Positions 1 to 7,575 of a stretch of DNA of 64,000 nucleotides are shown one piece after another. The stretch is from a virus. The notes under the pieces were generated by a model. That model was not told where the DNA came from. It made no database searches and saw only the letters and a program-made list of their open reading frames with translations. Positions within the stretch are counted from its first letter, which is position 1. Every line of letters starts with the position of its first letter. The position numbers and the translations under genes were made by a program. Where the stretch lies: positions 1-64,000 of the IMG/VR virus record IMGVR_UViG_3300044546_000330; one strand, 5' to 3'.

Positions 1-461
1 CTTATAAAGTTGTACCAAATGTGAGAAAAGTTACTGATCTTGAGACTAGAATGTCCATGATATATACTAGAGATAGTTTACCCCTTTTAGACAGGCTTTC
101 TAGTTAGAGAGTTGAGACTTGTGGACGATTGACACGAGCACCGCCTCCCACCTTTCTTTTAGCCTCTATAACTGCAACCTTCTTTCCTCCTCTCTACCTT
201 CTTCTTACTCTATCCTGTTTTAACCTCGCCCTCAAAGTCCCTCCACTACCTCAACCTTACCCCAATTTTAACCCCTTTCTTACACCTCCCCTATCCCTAC
301 AGAGCAACTTCTTGACCTCTCCTCCTCTGACCTAGACCTCCTCTCTCCCTTCAACAACCTTTCACTACTATTCACAGTAGTATACTATCCTGCTTATTCC
401 TGGTTTAACCAGCTTCAGTTTGTGACTGAGATATAGCGCTCACCAAAACCCCTTCATTATT

Positions 462-770
462 ATGTCTTCATTCCTTAAAGTACTTTCAATAGTACTATTG
501 TTAATCACACTAGTTTACACAGTTATCTTCATGACACAACCTCAACTTCTAGCTGAGAATGCAGTGTCTCACGGGTTCCTAGCCTTCTTCTGTTTCATGG
601 CTGCAATAATCTTTCTATTTGCTGCTGCTGTGGAAGATAAGCAAGAAGAACTTACTCACTACAGAGAAGAGTGGTATCGTTGTACTTGCATAAACAGAAG
701 AGCTAATGCTCGTATACACGAATTAGAAGAACAACTTAAGATCTCTGAAACTCAAGCTAGCTCTATTTAA
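462..770 (+). CDS. hypothetical membrane protein (two TM helices + coiled coil)
   Basis: 102 aa ORF with two hydrophobic segments and an A/T-rich leader. Confidence 0.7.
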   Translation: MSSFLKVLSIVLLLITLVYTVIFMTQPQLLAENAVSHGFLAFFCFMAAIIFLFAAAVEDKQEELTHYREEWYRCTCINRRANARIHELEEQLKISETQASSI

Positions 771-794
771 TCACCCTTTAAAACCCTCTTTTCA

Positions 795-1091
795 ATGAAA
801 AAGAAACACACCCTCGGCTGGGCCACACTCTTTATGATGTGTCTCCTTGCCCTAATCGCCGGCCTTTGGAACAGTTCAACTACGCCTAAGTATGCTAACA
901 ACTACAAGTTAATAGCTGACTCGACGTGGGCAAGTGACCCTTGTACTTTAGTCTGTTCTTCAGCCAGAAACAAACAAATCTTAGACAGTATCCCAGGAGT
1001 GCAAAGCGTAAGCTCTGTACAAGAAGGGGATTCAGTAACATGGTACATACTACCGGACTCGGTAAGTACTTACAACCTGACACTGTACTAA
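795..1091 (+). CDS. hypothetical protein with N-terminal signal/TM segment
   Basis: 98 aa ORF, basic then hydrophobic N-terminus, preceded by the TCACCCTTTAAAAC leader motif. Confidence 0.7.
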   Translation: MKKKHTLGWATLFMMCLLALIAGLWNSSTTPKYANNYKLIADSTWASDPCTLVCSSARNKQILDSIPGVQSVSSVQEGDSVTWYILPDSVSTYNLTLY

Positions 1092-1117
1092 GACCCCACT
1101 ACCGCACTATCGGTATC

Positions 1118-1163
1118 GCCACAAGAATAGTATAATCTGCATAAGGTTGGCTTGTGGTTTTTT
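1118..1163 (+). terminator. possible intrinsic terminator
   Basis: GCCACAAG/CTTGTGGT stem followed by a T-run, but the loop is large. Confidence 0.35.
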
Positions 1164-1418
1164 CTCTTTGCACATTCTCACGTGGATATATATAAACCAC
1201 ACTGATTATACAAATACCAAGTGCTTGCACAGGTTCGAGTAATCAGTCTCCCAAGAGTGAGCAGTTGTAATCACACAGAGCGTCTCCTCACTACCCATAG
1301 GATATGGGTGCTGCATAAAAAGCAGGTAGTAAAGAGCTTCGGGCTCAGGATGTCCTGATAGGTAAGATGTGATGTATATTGGGTTTGAGTATACCCAATA
1401 ACAACTGAGTGCAGAGGG
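1164..1418 (+). ncRNA. large structured ncRNA of unknown class (~255 nt)
   Basis: Closing helix 1164-1173/1409-1418. Nested helices 1177-81/1257-61, 1201-08/1240-47, 1262-68/1401-07, 1270-75/1368-73, 1290-94/1326-30, 1377-84/1393-1400, plus local hairpins. No convincing ORF. Confidence 0.7.
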
Positions 1419-1424
1419 ACAAAA

Positions 1425-1499
1425 GGAGGTATAGCTCAAGCGGTTAGAGCAGTTTCACGTTAAGTGAAAAAGATCCAGGTTCAAATCCTGGTGCCTCCA
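1425..1499 (+). tRNA. tRNA-like RNA with aberrant anticodon arm (possibly Asn-derived)
   Basis: Acceptor GGAGGTA/TGCCTCC, D arm GCTC-AAGCGGTTA-GAGC, T arm CCAGG-TTCAAAT-CCTGG. Anticodon arm is TTTCAC-GTTAA-GTGAAA (6 bp, 5-nt loop, no U33). No encoded CCA. Confidence 0.8.
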
Positions 1500-1523
1500 C
1501 TTTAATTTACAACATCGAACATT

Positions 1524-1604
1524 ATGTGTACAATCATCAATAGCCAGAATCAACTGGTCTTCGTTGGAACGCTTAAACAGTGGCTCCAAGAAGTAAACGA
1601 TTAA
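1524..1604 (+). CDS. possible 26 aa small protein
   Basis: Short ORF MCTIINSQ...EVND with A-rich leader; below the ORF-track cutoff. Confidence 0.3.
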   Translation: MCTIINSQNQLVFVGTLKQWLQEVND

Positions 1605-1684
1605 TAAGTCCTACCTAAGGCAACTCGCATCTGATACTTTACAAGTATTGGATGCTTTATAACGTCACCAATTCCTTTACATAT

Positions 1685-2026
1685 ATGACACTTCTTTACT
1701 GGTACCTAATCTTAGGTATTCCCGCTCTTTACATTTCTATGGAATCTTATCTTAGGTCTGCTGACTTTGAGAAGGAGAAATACCCTATTACAAGTATGCT
1801 CATTTCAATAGTACTCATGTACTTTTTGTGGGTAGTTGTACTTGTAGCTTGGGCAGGACTTCTCTTACGCAGGTCCAAGACTATAAGCAAGATCGCAGTA
1901 CATATCCACTTGGCTAAATGGTATCCCTTCATACTATTCTCTAGCGACAAACAATGGGGTAGACTCAAAACTCCTAAACAATGGCAATGGCTTTGCTTCA
2001 CCATAAGTTGGGAGAAACTTTATTAA
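1685..2026 (+). CDS. hypothetical membrane protein
   Basis: Two hydrophobic helices; start at 1685 or 1652. Confidence 0.6.
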   Translation: MTLLYWYLILGIPALYISMESYLRSADFEKEKYPITSMLISIVLMYFLWVVVLVAWAGLLLRRSKTISKIAVHIHLAKWYPFILFSSDKQWGRLKTPKQWQWLCFTISWEKLY

Positions 2027-2105
2027 ATCACACACATTTTGTACAACTGACAGTCCTGTGGAAGGGCAGGCTGGCAGTTAGTACTATCACCTTAAAACGC
2101 GTACA

Positions 2106-2438
2106 ATGACGAAAGGAAAACCTACTACAGCACCTGAGAGTGGTATTAAACTGACCACATTACGCTCAGGTGGATACTTAGCAACTAGTATTTCTACCCG
2201 TGACGACTTCTTCAAAGACCCAGTCATAATACATTACCGGGACAGAGTGTTGACTTTTACTAAACCTACCTTAGCCTACAAGGGACAGACAAACAAAGCC
2301 TATGTGGGTAAAAGTCATTGTGAACTTAAGTTTATAAACTCTGAACTACGGCTAGACGTACAAGATGGCCTTTACGAGTTTGCTGAAGAGTCTGATGAGG
2401 ATACACGTATTGTTAACTTTAATACTCCTACTCTATGA
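2106..2438 (+). CDS. hypothetical protein
   Basis: 110 aa ORF with leader motif; ATGA overlap with the next gene. Confidence 0.75.
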   Translation: MTKGKPTTAPESGIKLTTLRSGGYLATSISTRDDFFKDPVIIHYRDRVLTFTKPTLAYKGQTNKAYVGKSHCELKFINSELRLDVQDGLYEFAEESDEDTRIVNFNTPTL

Positions 2439-2707
2439 CATTAGATGAACTTGTCAAGGGGTTATGTATAAAGGCTTTAAAACAATCTCACAGTCAGAGA
2501 CGAGCTGCAAGACTTCTTGGCATTGCTCCGAACACCCTACACACTTATCTCAAGAAGTACAACATTGAAAACCCTTACAGACGTAAGCAGGAATCAGTTG
2601 CCGAATGGCACAATGATCAGAACTCTGGAAGCAGTACAGCTTCTCCCTTGCCCCCTCAACTGGAGCCTCTTGAACAGGTACTAACCCAAGTTCACACAAC
2701 TTTCTAA
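2435..2707 (+). CDS. Fis-type helix-turn-helix DNA-binding protein
   Basis: ALKQSHSQRRAARLLGIAPNTLHTYLKKYNI matches the Fis/NtrC C-terminal HTH pattern. Confidence 0.75.
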   Translation: MTLDELVKGLCIKALKQSHSQRRAARLLGIAPNTLHTYLKKYNIENPYRRKQESVAEWHNDQNSGSSTASPLPPQLEPLEQVLTQVHTTF

Positions 2708-2717
2708 AACTTATACT

Positions 2718-3203
2718 ATGATACAGAACATCCCGGACAAAGTATGTAAGAAGTGTGGAGGTACAGAGTGGTATGGTTACCAAGTGGAAGGAAAAGATTG
2801 CCCATTACGCTACGCTTGTAAATCGTGTAAATCTAAACGTCCTAAGTTCAGAGGGGCTTGGAATACAGAAGCTAAAAAAGCTTACGATAAAGCTTACAGA
2901 GAAAAGCACAGGCAACGCCTTAACGAGAGAGCTAAACTTACCAATAAAAAGTGGCAAAAAGCTAATAGGGACAAAGTAAAGACCTACCATACAAAGTACC
3001 ACGAAAATAATAAAGACTCTATACAGGTTAAACGAAGTTTAAAAGCTAAAACTAAAGCATCTCTTATTACTAAAGTTTATGTTCAAGAGTTGATAGCTAA
3101 TAAACGTCCAATATCTGCTTCTCAAGTAGTATTATCCGATCAAGACTACGAAATGTATAAAGAAATACTCACCTTAAAACGTCAACACAATGGCAAAATT
3201 TAA
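2718..3203 (+). CDS. zinc-ribbon + basic helical hypothetical protein
   Basis: CKKC and CKSC pairs followed by K/R-rich helices. Confidence 0.65.
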   Translation: MIQNIPDKVCKKCGGTEWYGYQVEGKDCPLRYACKSCKSKRPKFRGAWNTEAKKAYDKAYREKHRQRLNERAKLTNKKWQKANRDKVKTYHTKYHENNKDSIQVKRSLKAKTKASLITKVYVQELIANKRPISASQVVLSDQDYEMYKEILTLKRQHNGKI

Positions 3204-3438
3204 AACAAACCCGGACTTGGTCATGCTGCAGACTATACAAGATACTACTTACACAGTAGGAAAAGAGCTTATCTCTTCTCAGTCTCGTAATCTTGCAGAA
3301 ATGAGAACAGGTCTGGCTTTTTGGGGCAAAGCTATGGTAGCCCTGCGCCTCAAGATAGTACATACAAGTACTCAAAAGCTACCATCTCCTGACTCAGTGG
3401 AAACACTTTCCCCTAAGACAGGAAAACTTTCATCTTAA
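3190..3438 (+). CDS. hypothetical protein
   Basis: 82 aa ORF, leader motif at 3169-3180. Confidence 0.65.
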   Translation: MAKFKTNPDLVMLQTIQDTTYTVGKELISSQSRNLAEMRTGLAFWGKAMVALRLKIVHTSTQKLPSPDSVETLSPKTGKLSS

Positions 3439-3471
3439 ACTTATTACCTTCACACTTTAAAACAAAACATC

Positions 3472-4014
3472 ATGTCTACATCGACAAGGCTAGTCTGCCT
3501 TAAAAGACCAGATGGTATGATCTACCGTTTACAGCATAAAGATGCTACCGCTATTATAGCAGAAAAACCTGAGTTCAAGCTAGTATCTAAGAGTACTTCA
3601 AAAAGTTTCTACAAGAGACTTGAGCAAGTACAAAAGAACAGAGCAGAATTTGAAAGGTATCAGGTTGACTTTACTACTAATCAGAAAGTACAAAAGAACT
3701 TTGTACAAGAAGAAGATGGTAAAGTTGTGGCCTACCGCTTTAGAGGTACTAAAATGCTAACCTACGAAATGCCCGAGGATGAGAAACAAGCTGAAGAGAA
3801 GAAAACCTGGTTACAGGATATCATCGACAAAGCCTGTATTAACCCGCATGATCAGTCTATCAAAAAAAGCCTATTAGCAACTTTGCTGGCTTTCTTTGGA
3901 CTGTTTACCAAGAAGGAACTCGTTGACAAGCCTAAGACTCATTCAGTAGATTTACCACTTTATCAAAGATACATCTTTGGTTATGGTACTACTGATAACA
4001 TAAGGTACGCGTAA
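3472..4014 (+). CDS. hypothetical protein
   Basis: 180 aa ORF, leader motif at 3450-3463. Confidence 0.75.
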   Translation: MSTSTRLVCLKRPDGMIYRLQHKDATAIIAEKPEFKLVSKSTSKSFYKRLEQVQKNRAEFERYQVDFTTNQKVQKNFVQEEDGKVVAYRFRGTKMLTYEMPEDEKQAEEKKTWLQDIIDKACINPHDQSIKKSLLATLLAFFGLFTKKELVDKPKTHSVDLPLYQRYIFGYGTTDNIRYA

Positions 4015-4051
4015 CTTAGTCTGACTGTACAACTAAACAGTCACTACCTGT

Positions 4052-4059
4052 TATCTTTG
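4052..4059 (+). promoter_or_regulatory. Bacteroidota sigma -7 element (TAnnTTTG)
   Basis: TATCTTTG in intergenic DNA, inside a hairpin. Confidence 0.35.
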
Positions 4060-4151
4060 TAGCCACTCAGAGCAGGTACACAACAACACGGCAGTGAAGT
4101 CTGCGAGGGAGACGTACACCTCAACTTTTTATCACCCTTTAAATAACTTAT

Positions 4152-4415
4152 ATGAGTACTAAACAATTTCTCTCATTTATAATAGAAGACGCTACTCCTG
4201 ACGAGCTTTCAGGTAGAGGTCAAGGCAATGCTTTCTTTATTGACAGCCTAATAGAAGCTCTTTTAACTTTGAAGATAGGTCAGAAAATATCTATACCGGC
4301 AAAACAGAAGGGATGCTTACAAGCAGTGCTAAAAACACCTAAACTTGCTGAGTTTCACATAGTAAGACGTACTTCACCTGACAAGATGTTCGTCAAGCTA
4401 ATACGCGTAGCTTAG
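4152..4415 (+). CDS. hypothetical protein
   Basis: 87 aa ORF with leader motif. Confidence 0.7.
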   Translation: MSTKQFLSFIIEDATPDELSGRGQGNAFFIDSLIEALLTLKIGQKISIPAKQKGCLQAVLKTPKLAEFHIVRRTSPDKMFVKLIRVA

Positions 4416-4417
4416 TA

Positions 4418-4810
4418 CTAAGAAAAGCGAGATAAGTAAGTAAGTTGGGCACCTACACCACTAAGTTCTTGGGCTAGATTCTCGATATCGCAGTACTCTT
4501 TAACTTCTGCGTAGTCTTCTAACTTTTTCGAGGCTTTTAGTATATATTTGCCAAGCTCTTTAGGACTTAAAGCCATAACAGTACCTATTACAAACGTAGT
4601 AGGGTCTATACCGGAATAACCTATAAGCTTTTCAGTAATGTTGTCAATCAAATCGTTTAAACTATCGTATGTACGACCTAGCGCCTCATGGGCTGCAAAA
4701 GAACGAGTCTTGTAATGAGAGAGCTTAACCATTAGAAATAACTTGTGTATTTCTGTGTAAGCTGTTTGTTCTGTATACCCTACAGGTACTTTGAGCTTTA
4801 GGTCTGACAT
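4418..4810 (-). CDS. ferritin/Dps-like four-helix protein (DUF5856-like)
   Basis: HYKTRSFAAHEALGRTYDSLNDLIDNITEKLIG and C-terminal YL pattern typical of phage Dps-like proteins; start moved to MSDLK at 4810, behind the promoter. Confidence 0.75.
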   Translation of the reverse strand: MSDLKLKVPVGYTEQTAYTEIHKLFLMVKLSHYKTRSFAAHEALGRTYDSLNDLIDNITEKLIGYSGIDPTTFVIGTVMALSPKELGKYILKASKKLEDYAEVKEYCDIENLAQELSGVGAQLTYLSRFS

Positions 4811-4824
4811 AATAGTAATTTTGA

Positions 4825-4832
4825 CAAAGGTA
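4825..4832 (-). promoter_or_regulatory. Bacteroidota sigma -7 element
   Basis: TACCTTTG on the - strand, 14 nt upstream of ATG 4810. Confidence 0.6.
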
Positions 4833-4881
4833 CAAAGGTCTTTATTAATATTGATAACTTTTTTAACGTACACAAATTTAT

Positions 4882-4912
4882 GAGAAGGTGGTGTGAAACT
4901 GCCTTCTCTTTT
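4882..4912 (+). terminator. hairpin / possible terminator
   Basis: GAGAAGGTGGT-GTGAA-ACTGCCTTCTC followed by TTTT. Confidence 0.45.
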
Positions 4913-4936
4913 AACCCTTTAAAACATAATAAAACA

Positions 4937-5839
4937 ATGAAGGAATTATTGCCAAAGCAATGGTGTGTTGCTTGTAAAAATAAAGATACAGACACTCCTG
5001 AACTCTTAGAATGGAGAAAGTTTGGTTGGGTAGGTAATGGATTTATTACCAATGACAAAACATGGATTGAAGACAATGATGAATCTTATGATGTTAGAAC
5101 TCTTATAGCCTACCAAACATTCTTGGACTTAGTGTATATCCCTTGGAAGTCTCGATCAGACAAGTGGGCTATTGAGATAACAGAAGAAAATCAAGACATC
5201 TTAATACCTTGGTGGAAAAAGACTAAGCCAAACTCAATGTTTGCTGAACCTATTGTAAGCTTTGTACTATTGTCAGAACATCCTACTGATAACAGCAATT
5301 ATTGGTGTGGGAATATAAAGCACTTCTTAGACAACAACTCAGAGTATAGGACTATTACATTAGAAGAATTTAAAACAATCACCTCAAAACCAATTATGGA
5401 CACTACCAAAACTATTCAGATCTCACGTGAGCTGTTAAATCAGTATTATGATGCAGCTACAGCATCCCAAAAAGAATTTATCAATGCCCGTTTTAAGATA
5501 GACGGCACTACAACAGTAGAATCTATTATTGGACTACACAAAATTGCTTGTAATGCGTGGAAAGACATCATTAAATTAAGTCATCCTAATTGTTTTCCTA
5601 CTGCTAAAACAGCTATTGAATTGGCGGTAGAAAAAGCAGGTAATCCTAATCATTCAGGTTGTACTGTAAAGATTGAAGGTAAGCATATACTTGTTAAATT
5701 ACCTAATGCTAACAGTGACTGGTCTTTTGCAGCCTTTGAGTGGGTGATGAAATTCTGTAAAGAAAATCCAACTTCTTATCCTGTTCACCGTAATGGACAC
5801 AACAACACTGACTATCTTTACATTCAATGGAATGCTTAG
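4937..5839 (+). CDS. hypothetical protein (possibly two fused modules)
   Basis: Start MKELL at 4937 follows the leader motif; a second leader motif precedes internal ATG 5396. Confidence 0.75.
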   Translation: MKELLPKQWCVACKNKDTDTPELLEWRKFGWVGNGFITNDKTWIEDNDESYDVRTLIAYQTFLDLVYIPWKSRSDKWAIEITEENQDILIPWWKKTKPNSMFAEPIVSFVLLSEHPTDNSNYWCGNIKHFLDNNSEYRTITLEEFKTITSKPIMDTTKTIQISRELLNQYYDAATASQKEFINARFKIDGTTTVESIIGLHKIACNAWKDIIKLSHPNCFPTAKTAIELAVEKAGNPNHSGCTVKIEGKHILVKLPNANSDWSFAAFEWVMKFCKENPTSYPVHRNGHNNTDYLYIQWNA

Positions 5840-5848
5840 ATGATAATA

Positions 5849-5955
5849 GGTCAGGTGGCGGAATTGGTAGACGCTAAAGTGAAGTGCATTATAGTTGATA
5901 AGCGAGTGTGATATTCGGAACTTTCAACATACAGGTTCGAATCCTGTCCTGACTG
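5849..5955 (+). tRNA. tRNA-like RNA (Leu-type D arm) with anticodon arm replaced by a long hairpin
   Basis: Acceptor GGTCAGG/CCTGACT, TGGCGGAATTGGTAGACGC D arm, ACAGG-TTCGAAT-CCTGT T arm. About 56 nt lie between D and T arms, closed by AAAGT/ACTTT, with no 7-nt anticodon loop. Confidence 0.8.
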
Positions 5956-5986
5956 CAAAACATTATAAACAATTAAAAACAAGAAC

Positions 5987-6277
5987 ATGTTAAAAACAGA
6001 ACACCTGTCTCAAGACTGGGACACACTAGTGGTTCACACCACCCACGGAAAGCAACCTTTATCTTTAAATAAAGAAGAAGGCAGTGCTATTATTGAAGGA
6101 GATGCTTTACTAATACAAGTAGACAATGTACCTGCTCAAGGGCCCGAAGGTCAGACAATAGGAACAGTCTCTGTTAAAGAGTATATCTCCTTAGCATCAA
6201 TTGTGCAGTTTACGTTGATTAAAAAGACTATTATCCAGCCAGTACCTTCAATGGAGGGCATTAAAGAAGAAGCTTAG
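5987..6277 (+). CDS. hypothetical protein
   Basis: 96 aa ORF, A-rich leader. Confidence 0.75.
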   Translation: MLKTEHLSQDWDTLVVHTTHGKQPLSLNKEEGSAIIEGDALLIQVDNVPAQGPEGQTIGTVSVKEYISLASIVQFTLIKKTIIQPVPSMEGIKEEA

Positions 6278-6305
6278 TTTTGTTTCCTTGTTTTAAGGTT
6301 CAGTA

Positions 6306-6554
6306 CTCCACACTAAGAGGTAGTGGAGCCAAGTTTATACCTATCTGGCAAATCTTAGAGTAGTATCTAAGCAGTAAAAACCTTGCCATCCGGTCAGCGG
6401 CTACGAGGCAGTGAGCCTGATAAACAAAGCTGATAACTTATAGAAACTGTAACGTGAAGTAGCTCAATAAAACCGAGAGCTCTTAGATACTTCCCAAGAA
6501 AGTAGCGCAGGGTAATACCCGTCAGTCGTAGGCCACCGGGGCGTTACAGTTTCT
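6306..6554 (+). ncRNA. two-domain structured ncRNA of unknown class (~250 nt)
   Basis: Perfect 13-bp helix 6442-6454/6542-6554 enclosing three hairpins. The 5' domain has CTCCAC/GTGGAG, TGGCAA/TTGCCA and CTTAGA/TCTAAG helices. No ORF. Confidence 0.65.
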
Positions 6555-6565
6555 TTTTTAACTTA

Positions 6566-6640
6566 GGACACCTAGCTCATTGGTAGAGCATCTGAACAGA
6601 AATGTTTAGAAGGTAGAGGGTTCGATTCCCTTTGTGTCCG
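6566..6640 (+). tRNA. tRNA-like RNA with anticodon loop replaced by a GAAA tetraloop
   Basis: Acceptor GGACACC/TGTGTCC, D arm GCTC-ATTGGTA-GAGC, T arm GAGGG-TTCGATT-CCCTT. Central arm is TCTGAACA-GAAA-TGTTTAGA (8 bp + GNRA). Confidence 0.85.
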
Positions 6641-6658
6641 CTCACTAAAAGAAATACG

Positions 6659-6767
6659 TATGAAGAACATACACTTAATACCAACAAAAACTATAGTATT
6701 GTCCTTTATCTTACACACCTTAAACGTAAACAAGTAAACTATATAACACATTATGAAGAACATACAC
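6659..6767 (+). repeat. 16-nt direct repeat duplicating the gene start (TATGAAGAACATACAC)
   Basis: Copies at 6659-6674 and 6752-6767; the first opens a 25 aa ORF MKNIHLIPTK... (6660-6737). Confidence 0.7.
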
Positions 6768-7574
6768 AAACTAAATGAGAACATCTACATCACATCTGAT
6801 GAAGAAATTAAAGAAGGAGATTGGATGTATTACAAGCATTTTAGAGAAGATATTGTATGTAAATACGATACAATGAATGGTCAAAATACAAATGTAAATG
6901 AGCATAAACCATTCTATCAAAAAATTATTCTAACAACAGACCAAGAGTTAATCAAAGATTGTGTACAAGCTATTGATGATGAGTTCTTAGAATGGTTTGT
7001 TAATAATTCAAGTTGTGAAAGTGTAGAGGTTGACAAAAATTGGAATTACCCATTAGATAAAAGTTGGGAATACAAAATCATCATTCCAAAAGAAAAACCT
7101 AAAATTACTAATTGTGGTAATAAGAATTGTCAATCAGGTGTAATTAATGGGGTTAATCCTAAACTATGTAGAAAGTGTAATCCAAAAGAAGAACATCCTA
7201 ATCAGATTAAGTGTTATTGCGGTCACACAACAACTTGTGATTGTAGTCCATTAGAAGAACCTAAACAATTTACTCCTGAAATGTTAGTAGATTTAAAACA
7301 AGGATTAGATAATGCTATACAAAAAAGTAATCCACTGTTTCCAAACTATAAACATTTGAATAAACAAGAAACACTTGAAGAAATAAGAAAGTATGCTGAA
7401 TTGTCATATTATAATGGGGATGAAATAAACGCTTTTGTAAATGGTGCTAAATGGCAACAAGAAAGAATGTATAGTGAGGAAGACTTAAGAAATGCTTATA
7501 GGTGGGGAACTACAGTTAATCACGGAACTAAAAAACATTTTAATGAGTGGTTTAAACAATTTAAAAAGAAATAA
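6753..7574 (+). CDS. hypothetical mosaic protein with Cys clusters
   Basis: 273 aa, AT-rich. The NIYITSDEEIKEGDW...KIILTTDQELIKD and ETLEE...FVNGAKWQQERMYSEED modules resemble aquatic Bacteroidota phage proteins. Confidence 0.8.
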   Translation: MKNIHKLNENIYITSDEEIKEGDWMYYKHFREDIVCKYDTMNGQNTNVNEHKPFYQKIILTTDQELIKDCVQAIDDEFLEWFVNNSSCESVEVDKNWNYPLDKSWEYKIIIPKEKPKITNCGNKNCQSGVINGVNPKLCRKCNPKEEHPNQIKCYCGHTTTCDCSPLEEPKQFTPEMLVDLKQGLDNAIQKSNPLFPNYKHLNKQETLEEIRKYAELSYYNGDEINAFVNGAKWQQERMYSEEDLRNAYRWGTTVNHGTKKHFNEWFKQFKKK

Positions 7575-7575
7575 C

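Noticed and set aside
129-335. 68 aa ORF
   Set aside because: TTG start and Pro/Leu low complexity that simply reflects the pyrimidine-rich tract.
1164-1418. RNase P RNA, tmRNA or group I intron identity
   Set aside because: No GAGGAAAGUCC, no tRNA-Ala-like termini or tag ORF, no P7 GACUA/UAGUC core.
4880-4936. ORF-track upstream extensions (starts 4880, 4873, 7492, 10559)
   Set aside because: They run through hairpins, promoters or upstream genes; downstream ATGs at 4937, 4810, 7576 and 10586 have better leader context.
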